Shown here piece after piece: positions 8,865 to 16,204 of a stretch of DNA of 39,006 nt. The notes below the pieces were generated by a model that saw only the letters and a list, made by a program, of their open reading frames with translations, was not told where the DNA came from and made no database searches. The first letter of the stretch is position 1; each line of letters opens with the position of its first letter. A program made the translations under genes and the position numbers. The DNA comes from a virus. The stretch lies in IMG/VR virus record IMGVR_UViG_3300025659_000312; one strand, given 5' to 3'.

Positions 8865-9467
8865 TCATTTCTCCAATGAATTTACAATGTTCATAATGCC
8901 CTTATTTCGTTTTTGGGCTCCATTATGTGTGGATAATCCCTTTTTACCTGCAAAATTCTTTTCCAATGACTTGACTATTTTTGGGTATGCTATTCCACCA
9001 CCACTTTCGGCCCATTTTCTACTTCCCCTTTCTATTAATTTAGAGGCTTTATTTAATTTCATCGTCATTATCTTGGAAGTCTTTTCATGCCAAAATTTAA
9101 CTTCATTATCTTCAATTTGTAATATGACTATTTTACTAATACCATTTAACTCAATCCAATATACAGTTAAGGGGGCAATATACATTGATTCATTTAATGT
9201 ATTTTCTTTAACTAAAATTTTTGATATATACGTTGAAATTCTGAATTTAGTTCCGGCTACAGGGACCAAACCCTTATCTTTAACTTTCTGTGTAATATCA
9301 TATTTACCATTTCCCAATTCTTTAATGAACCAATCACTTTTACCGACTCTACCTTTCCATATTTGTTTTTCTATCATATGTTTAATGGCTCGCTTGTCGG
9401 TAGCGGTAAGGTGTCCGTCTAATACTTTTATCTTTATTTCATTGAGTAGGTCTTTGAGTTTAATCAT
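8865..9467 (-). CDS. Hypothetical protein with MIKLKDLLNE leader and an internal TLNE-S motif
   Basis: 200 aa; may be two fused modules. Confidence 0.8.
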   Translation of the reverse strand: MIKLKDLLNEIKIKVLDGHLTATDKRAIKHMIEKQIWKGRVGKSDWFIKELGNGKYDITQKVKDKGLVPVAGTKFRISTYISKILVKENTLNESMYIAPLTVYWIELNGISKIVILQIEDNEVKFWHEKTSKIMTMKLNKASKLIERGSRKWAESGGGIAYPKIVKSLEKNFAGKKGLSTHNGAQKRNKGIMNIVNSLEK

Positions 9468-9479
9468 AATTTATTCCTA

Positions 9480-10388
9480 TTAAAAGTAGGCGTCACCACC
9501 TCTATCTGAAATCCATTTGTTGATGTCTTTGGGTTCATTTGTTATTTCTATTTTATTGCCAAACATCTTTTTAGCTTTTTCTATTTCTTTTCTTTTTTGT
9601 TTACCTTCAGTTGAATTATAGTCATCTTCAAATACTTCGTCGTCATAGTAATACATATCTTCTATATACCCCAATACATCCACTACCATAATTTTGTCAA
9701 CCACTAATTCGTTCCACCACCAATCACCTGTAAATGGGTGTGGTTCTCCGAAATGTTTATTTAATTGTTTTTGATGTGTCTTTATTACTTTGACAACACC
9801 CTTCTCATATAAATTGAATACTTTTTTCACTCCCCTTTTATCTAACGTATTTCCATCTTTATCTTCTAAGTGACTAAACAGGCCGTGTACATTTCTTTTA
9901 TATTTTAACTTTAACTTGCGTATAATGTCATCAAAAATAAAAGTCATCTTTCCTTTTATTTTATCACCTATTTTACTATCTGATGCTTTATTTAATAAAT
10001 AAGTCAATGACGATGAAAATTGTGGTTCAGTTGATACCCACCTCATTCCAGTTTCATCTGGTCGAGACATTATATCATCGGAAGAAGCTATTTTCAATTT
10101 ACCTATCATATGGACAAGAAACCCACCATCGGTTCTAATTCCACTTAGATTTCCTATATTACTTTGAGAAGTTGTAGTAAATGTTGAAAGTGCCTTTGAT
10201 GTACCTTGAAGTTTTTTTAGATTTACCAATCCTTTAAAATCCGTTACATGAAATGTTGGAATATCTACATCACCTACAATTACATCTACCACTTTTTTTG
10301 ATAATGGAATCATAGTAGAATCCATCATATTTAGTTGAGAGTCTTCCCAAGATATTACTTCATATAATAAATCTTTTAATTTAATCAT
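9480..10388 (-). CDS. Hypothetical protein with MIKLKDLLYE leader, possibly ART-fold
   Basis: 302 aa; FHVTD...LSTFT...WNELVV is weakly ART-like. Confidence 0.75.
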   Translation of the reverse strand: MIKLKDLLYEVISWEDSQLNMMDSTMIPLSKKVVDVIVGDVDIPTFHVTDFKGLVNLKKLQGTSKALSTFTTTSQSNIGNLSGIRTDGGFLVHMIGKLKIASSDDIMSRPDETGMRWVSTEPQFSSSLTYLLNKASDSKIGDKIKGKMTFIFDDIIRKLKLKYKRNVHGLFSHLEDKDGNTLDKRGVKKVFNLYEKGVVKVIKTHQKQLNKHFGEPHPFTGDWWWNELVVDKIMVVDVLGYIEDMYYYDDEVFEDDYNSTEGKQKRKEIEKAKKMFGNKIEITNEPKDINKWISDRGGDAYF

Positions 10389-10391
10389 AAT

Positions 10392-10712
10392 TTATCTCGG
10401 TGGGTTATAATCCCACGGTCCCCAATGTTCGTGTTTTAACATATTTATCATTGTTTCTTCAACTGAATATTTGTGAATCTTTTTACCATTCGCTGGTATT
10501 CCACCTAACTCATAGTATTTCTTTTTATTAAGTATTATTTTTCTATTATTACTGAAATCTAATACCATCCCACCTTTCTCAATCCAACAATGACCGAATG
10601 GTTTGCCATTAGTGGATAGTATCGCAAGACCATGACACAATACTAAATCTTTATCGTGTCCTTTACTAACAAATCTACCGTTAGCTTCGTAGCAATCACC
10701 TTTACCTGCCAC
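10392..10712 (-). CDS. Small transglutaminase- or papain-like Cys-His-Asp protein
   Basis: GDCYEAN ... GHCWIE ... VLDFSN; 106 aa, GTG start. Confidence 0.5.
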   Translation of the reverse strand: MAGKGDCYEANGRFVSKGHDKDLVLCHGLAILSTNGKPFGHCWIEKGGMVLDFSNNRKIILNKKKYYELGGIPANGKKIHKYSVEETMINMLKHEHWGPWDYNPPR

Positions 10713-11488
10713 TATCTCTTCTTCAACATTTTTTGTTTTTCAATCCACTTTTTAGCTTGTCTATTCTTAATAGGTGCCTTTATAAATTTACCAATACCTT
10801 TACCGACCAACATATTAAATTTACTTGTTGCTTGTTTTGTACTTAAATGTTTATTATTGTCAACTAATAGGAAATTGGCATTTCCAAATAACCCCTGGAA
10901 ATAAGCCATATTCTTTTGAACTGAATGCCAATATTTTTCAACAACATGAGCTGGTAATCTTCGTGGTCTTTCTTCATTTCGCTGTTGTGCAATTTCCAAT
11001 GAAGTATTTACAAATACCATGAATGTATCATATCCCAATTTCATTAAATCTTGTCGTTCATTCTTTACATCTTTAAATTTATGACCCGTACCATCAATAA
11101 TAACACCCAATCTACCTTCTGTATAATTTTTTAGTCGTTGTTTACTTAATGCTTTTGTACGAGTTCTCATACCACTGTAATCATCGTATTCTGGGTCAGT
11201 AAGTTGTTTGAATAACTCTTCTGGCATATTGTCAATGTCGACAGTTCCAAAATATTTTTTCATAAATTTTTCTAATTCAGTATCTTGATTAACCATTTTT
11301 AATCCGGTATAGGATACGCTAACTTTTTTGGGTATTCCGAATAATTGAGATGCAACGTAGGTTTTGCCTGAATTGTGGACATTAACTTCTGATTTTCCCA
11401 CATAATAATTATGATTATTATTTATTCGTAAATCATATACATATTTTTTATCATATTTTATTAGCTTAATTGATTTAATTTTCACCAT
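10712..11488 (-). CDS. Split-intein C-part (39 aa) fused to the C-terminal extein of a P-loop kinase (AAA_33 or zeta-toxin-like)
   Basis: MVKIKSIKLIKYDKKYVYDLRINNNHNYYVGKSEVNVHN|SGKT...VIIDGTG...FMVFVNTSLEIAQQRNEERPRRLP. Confidence 0.92.
   Translation of the reverse strand: MVKIKSIKLIKYDKKYVYDLRINNNHNYYVGKSEVNVHNSGKTYVASQLFGIPKKVSVSYTGLKMVNQDTELEKFMKKYFGTVDIDNMPEELFKQLTDPEYDDYSGMRTRTKALSKQRLKNYTEGRLGVIIDGTGHKFKDVKNERQDLMKLGYDTFMVFVNTSLEIAQQRNEERPRRLPAHVVEKYWHSVQKNMAYFQGLFGNANFLLVDNNKHLSTKQATSKFNMLVGKGIGKFIKAPIKNRQAKKWIEKQKMLKKR
11372..11488 (-). mobile_element. IntC of naturally split intein
   Basis: Block F VYDLRINNNHNYYV; block G HN followed by +1 Ser; own ATG with GGAG upstream. Confidence 0.92.
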
Positions 11489-11741
11489 ATTCTCCGTGAT
11501 TTTTAATAAATCTAATATTTTGTTTTTCTGACCAAAATATTTCTTTATTTTTTAATAGTGATTTTATATTTACCATTGATATATGACAATAATCACCATC
11601 CCATTTTTTACGTGAATTAACATAGCTACAGTAACGTCTATTATTAAATTTAAAATTACACCTATCACATTTATATGATATACTTTGACCTGTATGTGGG
11701 TTTCCTGTTTTAGTATAAATTAAATCAGTTGCTAATAACAT
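11475..11741 (-). CDS. 88 aa Cys-rich ORF between the intein halves (possible homing endonuclease remnant)
   Basis: YKCDRCNFKF...YCSY...YCH; overlaps the IntN stop by 10 nt and the IntC start by 14 nt. Confidence 0.55.
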   Translation of the reverse strand: MLLATDLIYTKTGNPHTGQSISYKCDRCNFKFNNRRYCSYVNSRKKWDGDYCHISMVNIKSLLKNKEIFWSEKQNIRFIKNHGEYGEN

Positions 11742-12103
11742 AATACGTCATCACCATCTTTCAAATCCTTTGCCATAATCCAGTTACCATTCGATAGTCT
11801 TATTTCATGATCTAATGTACAAACAACAGTTTCACCAGTTTCCAATTCTATATTTACCATTTCAGTATCAGCATCGTACTTAAAAAGTTCAACTACTTCT
11901 GAAATTTCTGATTTACCTTTTGTGTTCAATGTCCAAACTCTTTCACCTTTAATTACTTCAGATATTTTAGTATATCCAGTTTCAGTTTTTATTAATGTAT
12001 TTTCATCGAAGCAACCTGGACCACCGGCAAGGAATACCGCTTTGAATATGCCTGGATCATTTACTCCCTCGTTTAATTGTATAAGATCTTTTAATTTAAT
12101 CAT
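11732..12103 (-). CDS. N-terminal extein of P-loop kinase (30 aa) fused to split-intein N-part (93 aa)
   Basis: MIKLKDLIQLNEGVNDPGIFKAVFLAGGPG|CFDENTLIKTETG...VCTLDHEI...WIMAKDLKDGDDVLCY*. Confidence 0.92.
   Translation of the reverse strand: MIKLKDLIQLNEGVNDPGIFKAVFLAGGPGCFDENTLIKTETGYTKISEVIKGERVWTLNTKGKSEISEVVELFKYDADTEMVNIELETGETVVCTLDHEIRLSNGNWIMAKDLKDGDDVLCY
11735..12013 (-). mobile_element. IntN of naturally split intein
   Basis: Block A starts with Cys1 (codon 12011-12013); block B TxxH (TLDH). Confidence 0.92.
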
Positions 12104-12144
12104 TGTCCTTGTCCTTATTCATAAAAAATATATTATCCATCAAC

Positions 12145-12153
12145 TATAAATAT
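12145..12153 (-). promoter_or_regulatory. Intergenic ATATTTATA motif (candidate promoter)
   Basis: About 42 nt upstream of the kinase-IntN start, at the boundary of blocks A and B. Confidence 0.4.
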
Positions 12154-12179
12154 AAGAGAATGGAAAAGTTAGATATTAT

Positions 12180-13670
12180 TTAGAATACTTTGACATCGTA
12201 TTTTTTAGAAAACTGGAAGCCGTCCTGTTTAGTATTTACTATTGGATGCCCTTTTATGTTTAGACTTGTGTTTAAAACCATAGGACAACCTGTTTTCTCA
12301 TAAAACTCTTTAATAAGTTTATAATAACCTGGATTATCTTCTTTACTGACTGTTTGAACTCTGGAAGTATTATCCACGTGACATATTGCCGGATACTTAT
12401 CTGGCCACTTACACTTTGCAGTGAATTGCATAAATTGGGATTTACGAACTGGCATATCAAAAATTTCATGAGCATGTTCTTCCAATACTGATGGGGCGAA
12501 TGGTCTAAATTTTTGTCGATGCTTTATAACATTTACTTTATCTTTTATATCATCACCTCTTGGGTCTGCTAATAAACTTCTATTTCCAAGTGCTCGTGGA
12601 CCAAACTCAGCTCGTCCATTTGCCACCCCTACTATGTTTCCTTTAAGTAGTTCATTTAATACTTTTTTAACTGGATATTTTCCATCTATGTTATGTCCTG
12701 TGAATGGAGTCTCCCAATTTATATGTTTTCCATAAACATATGCCGCAGAACCGAGTGATGAACCAGCATCACCAGGATTTGGTAATATCCATAAGTCAGG
12801 ATAGTAATCACGGGCTATAATAGAGTTAGCTACACAATTCAGTGCAACTCCCCCCATATAAACACAATTATTAGTTTCAGGAACAAGTTTTTGAGTGAGA
12901 CTGAATACCTTACGGATTTCTTCTTCGCATATCCATTGGACATTTGCTGCTATATTAAACTTCCAATCATCACTATCATCATCTGGGTAGTATTCTGGAT
13001 TCCAATCTAAACAACCTCTATGTAAATTGTTCTTTAAATCAATCGGTTTATCGGAGTCATTAAAGAAATCTTCACGAATACTATTCTTTAGTTTGTGGTC
13101 TTGTGTTCCCCAACCTGCCATTCCCATTAAGATGTATTCATCTTCTTGTGGTTTTAATCCAAGTCGTTGTGTCATTGCACTATACCAAAGACCAAGTGAG
13201 TTTGGATATTTTAGTGTATATCGCTTCTCAAAATGACTTCCCCACGCATACCAAATACTACACGTCTCAAACTCACCTATTGCATCTATAACTACGATAG
13301 CTGATTCTTCATATGGACTTGTGTAGTATCCCGCCGCAGCGTGAGATTGGTGATGTTGAACATATTCTATTTCTACATTACCAACGTAATCTCGTAGATA
13401 ATAAGAAGGTAAATTTTTACGAGATAAAACCTCTCCATATTGACCTGCTCTTAGTTGTCTTAACTTTTTTAAGTATGGTCTTTCAAAATATACTACCTTG
13501 TCTGGTTTACCACCAAGTCTATAACAATCGGCAAATAATGTGCTATTCAAATCTGAATCATTCTTGATTCCACTATATCTTTCACTGTGACCGGCAAACA
13601 AAATCTCACCGTCTTGTATAAGTGTAACCGCTGCATCATGATTTAATGCATTTATTCCTAATATTTTCAT
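12180..13670 (-). CDS. Carbamoyltransferase (NodU/CmcH/TobZ family)
   Basis: ILGINALNHDAA, HHQSHAAA, VVIDAIGE, MGMAGWG, GGVALNC, PGDAG, EFGPRALGNRS, FRPFAP, HVDNTSRVQTV, LNTSLN. Confidence 0.95.
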   Translation of the reverse strand: MKILGINALNHDAAVTLIQDGEILFAGHSERYSGIKNDSDLNSTLFADCYRLGGKPDKVVYFERPYLKKLRQLRAGQYGEVLSRKNLPSYYLRDYVGNVEIEYVQHHQSHAAAGYYTSPYEESAIVVIDAIGEFETCSIWYAWGSHFEKRYTLKYPNSLGLWYSAMTQRLGLKPQEDEYILMGMAGWGTQDHKLKNSIREDFFNDSDKPIDLKNNLHRGCLDWNPEYYPDDDSDDWKFNIAANVQWICEEEIRKVFSLTQKLVPETNNCVYMGGVALNCVANSIIARDYYPDLWILPNPGDAGSSLGSAAYVYGKHINWETPFTGHNIDGKYPVKKVLNELLKGNIVGVANGRAEFGPRALGNRSLLADPRGDDIKDKVNVIKHRQKFRPFAPSVLEEHAHEIFDMPVRKSQFMQFTAKCKWPDKYPAICHVDNTSRVQTVSKEDNPGYYKLIKEFYEKTGCPMVLNTSLNIKGHPIVNTKQDGFQFSKKYDVKVF

Positions 13671-13771
13671 TTATATATAAACGGGTCTCGTTTTTTTAAT
13701 TCTTTAATTTTTCTTTTAAATTTGATATGTAATTTTAACCTCAAATACAAATTTTTAATCCATTTAATCAT
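13667..13771 (-). CDS. 34 aa basic micro-protein ending KRDPFIYK (absent from ORF track)
   Basis: MIKWIKNLYLRLKLHIKFKRKIKELKKRDPFIYK*; ATGA overlap with the carbamoyltransferase. Confidence 0.7.
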   Translation of the reverse strand: MIKWIKNLYLRLKLHIKFKRKIKELKKRDPFIYK

Positions 13772-13856
13772 AATAACATAACTCCCTTATAAAATCGAAA
13801 TGTGACTTATCAAAAACAGGGCACTTTCTTTCTACATCATATAACCATTTTTTCAT
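13764..13856 (-). CDS. Possible 30 aa micro-protein
   Basis: MKKWLYDVERKCPVFDKSHFDFIRELCYYD*; fills the gap and overlaps the next start. Confidence 0.35.
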   Translation of the reverse strand: MKKWLYDVERKCPVFDKSHFDFIRELCYYD

Positions 13857-13883
13857 TATAACCCTTTTTAATTAAAATAGTTA

Positions 13884-14168
13884 CTATTCCACTTCTGTAT
13901 TGTTTTCATGATACCATGCACCATGATGATTTTGCCTGTTCTGACTAACTTCGCATTCACAGGAATCACACGCGATTAATATTTCGACTTCCATGTATGT
14001 AAGATTCTCACCATCGTCCCTTGCATCGCCACACCTTGGAGTATCTTTTCCTCCACTTGTACTATCCATTCCATTCTCATCGATACATTTATCACAGCAT
14101 AATTCTCCTTTATTTCCTATCCCTGCTTCAGTTACAATACCTTCACTTATTAAATTTTCAAGTGCCAT
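13884..14168 (-). CDS. Small acidic Cys-rich (zinc-binding) protein
   Basis: ATG 14168 with AAGGAG SD; LISE-GIVTE-AG leader-like motif, CCDKC and CDSCEC. Confidence 0.7.
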   Translation of the reverse strand: MALENLISEGIVTEAGIGNKGELCCDKCIDENGMDSTSGGKDTPRCGDARDDGENLTYMEVEILIACDSCECEVSQNRQNHHGAWYHENNTEVE

Positions 14169-14207
14169 TTTTTTCTCCTTTAATTGGTTACGACTCATTA
14201 ATAAATA

Positions 14208-14897
14208 TCATACGTTTGCCCTTTTTAGTAATTTTTTATACTCTTGAGGATTTCTAACTTTATTAATTACATTTTGAGCAATCCCCGAATCATTACTCAA
14301 ACCTATATACTTTAAATAATGTGGAATTAAAGAATGTCCTATAGGTAACATATTGTAATCATCACTCAAATATAAATGATTATATATCGAAGAAAATATA
14401 TCCATTGTTGATGATGTTCCATAAACTGCAGTATCCATAGTTCCTATGCCAAAAAATTCTTCTTCGTAAGTTATCTCTGATGAATAAAGAACCAATTCAT
14501 CAAGTTTATATGTTGAAATTTCTTTAATTAAATTTTTATCATGATAAACATCAGGTCTTGTCATTATTACACAATCATATTTAAAATCATTGTCTAATTC
14601 ATATTGTGTTTTTAATAAATTACCCCTATGAACTAAATAATAATATTTTGGGATATTAAATTTAATTTTATTTTCTATTTCTCTTGATAAAAATTCATAT
14701 CCCTTTGGATTGAATATCTCTAACATCTCATCATTTATATCAGAATTTCCGTGAAATTTATATGGGTAATTATCTTCCTCTCGATTAGTAGTATCCCAAG
14801 TCGATACAAAGAAATCAACATCCCAATATTTATAAATGTGTTTCATAATTTCCCAATATCTCATTTCACCAGATATACACACCGCTATTTTACTCAC
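14208..14897 (-). CDS. Putative GT-A-type glycosyltransferase (paralog of 22123-22818)
   Basis: KIAVCISGEMR...DFFVSTWD...YDCVIMTRPDV. Confidence 0.55.
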   Translation of the reverse strand: MSKIAVCISGEMRYWEIMKHIYKYWDVDFFVSTWDTTNREEDNYPYKFHGNSDINDEMLEIFNPKGYEFLSREIENKIKFNIPKYYYLVHRGNLLKTQYELDNDFKYDCVIMTRPDVYHDKNLIKEISTYKLDELVLYSSEITYEEEFFGIGTMDTAVYGTSSTMDIFSSIYNHLYLSDDYNMLPIGHSLIPHYLKYIGLSNDSGIAQNVINKVRNPQEYKKLLKRANV

Positions 14898-15462
14898 AAT
14901 TAAATCCTAATCTTTTTATATAATTTACAAATGGTAAGTATCTTCGTTGTTCTTCTGTTATCAGAGGTTTACCTTCAAATTCATACCAAGCATTCCATTG
15001 TTCTTGTGCAAATGTATCGTGATTACCTTTATAGTATTGAGATATAGCATTAAATTCAACTGAACCACAATACCACATATCTGGAGTAAATATAGTCATT
15101 GGAATAAAATTAAATAAATCCTTTATAATTTCATCACTCTTTTGTATATTACTTTGTAAAACTACTGTACTTGTTATTTTATCTGAACCTCCCGACTGTT
15201 CAACATATTTAACATCACTCCATTGTTCAAAATCATTTCTAATTTTAATTGTTTTTTTATCAAACACCATGATAGTTTTTGGTCTTGGTTTAGTAATTTT
15301 ATCTGGCATTTCAACTCCATTTAAATATAAACAAATATCATACAAATAACCTTTTTGTAATTCAAGTTTATTTTTTTCGTGATTTAATTCTTCAAGAGAC
15401 AAACCTTTAATCGTATCAAAATTATCTAAAGAATTATTACTAATTAATAATAATTTTTTCAT
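14890..15462 (-). CDS. Hypothetical protein
   Basis: 190 aa coupled ORF; no family recognised. Confidence 0.75.
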   Translation of the reverse strand: MKKLLLISNNSLDNFDTIKGLSLEELNHEKNKLELQKGYLYDICLYLNGVEMPDKITKPRPKTIMVFDKKTIKIRNDFEQWSDVKYVEQSGGSDKITSTVVLQSNIQKSDEIIKDLFNFIPMTIFTPDMWYCGSVEFNAISQYYKGNHDTFAQEQWNAWYEFEGKPLITEEQRRYLPFVNYIKRLGFNCE

Positions 15463-16204
15463 TTTTCAAAAATTCCTTTTTTAACCCTCTATATATGTTT
15501 TCTTGTTTCATTTCCGATTCATCAGTAAACTTCTCTTGATTAATATTGTAGTATTCAATAACTTTATCTGTAATGTATTGTGGGAAAAACTCTTTGACAT
15601 AATCAAAATTATGTTTCATTGGTGGATGTCCGTCTCGACTACCATTATCTTGCCAAGTTATTTTTTCTTTCTCAAAATCATAGTTTTCATAACACCAATT
15701 TTCCATTACTGGATATTTAAATAAATTCAAACAATAATCTAACTCTTGTTTTACATCTCCACGCATTTTAAAATTACCGTGACCAAAATTGTGTTTCATA
15801 GATTGTAAAAATTCATATTTAACATTTTTAGAATCTAATATTGACTTGATTGATTGTATCACAATACAACTATCATAAACTGCTGTTGCGAAATTGTAAG
15901 TTTTTCCCATTGGGTGATCTTTTAGATTATCATCAATAATGTCACCTAAGTTGTATATGTAGAAATTATTATTATCAACATAAGACATTCTATTGAAAGT
16001 TGTAAACATAACCATTACACAATCTTCTGATGTAAATTTATATTTTTTATCTGCTTGTAAAAATTTATATAGAATATTTTTATTATCTGCTCCACCAAGA
16101 GCAAAATTATAGTATTCATCAAAACTTAACCCAATGTAGTCGTTCCAAGTCGGCCAAGACCATTTTGTAAAACTACAACCAAATGTAAATAATCTTTTAT
16201 TCAT
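15440..16204 (-). CDS. SGNH/GDSL-fold protein (paralog 1)
   Basis: FTFGCSFT, NFALGGADN, DGHP. Confidence 0.65.
   Translation of the reverse strand: MNKRLFTFGCSFTKWSWPTWNDYIGLSFDEYYNFALGGADNKNILYKFLQADKKYKFTSEDCVMVMFTTFNRMSYVDNNNFYIYNLGDIIDDNLKDHPMGKTYNFATAVYDSCIVIQSIKSILDSKNVKYEFLQSMKHNFGHGNFKMRGDVKQELDYCLNLFKYPVMENWCYENYDFEKEKITWQDNGSRDGHPPMKHNFDYVKEFFPQYITDKVIEYYNINQEKFTDESEMKQENIYRGLKKEFLKNEKIIIN

Noticed and set aside
7087-10398. CRISPR array or integron attC sites behind the repeated sequences
   Set aside because: The repeats are coding, in-frame leaders at irregular 0.3-1.2 kb spacing, without palindromic structure. No cas or integrase gene is seen.
11560-11577. MVNIKS in the middle ORF resembles the IntC start MVKIKS (possible duplicated IntC)
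   Set aside because: Similarity is limited to about 18 AT-rich nt, and no block F or G residues follow.
11372-12013. One contiguous intein broken by sequencing error or stop readthrough (IntN and IntC are in the same frame, 615 nt apart)
   Set aside because: Several in-frame stops (TAG, then TAA four codons later, and more) intervene. IntC has its own ATG and GGAG, and both parts end and begin where known split inteins do.
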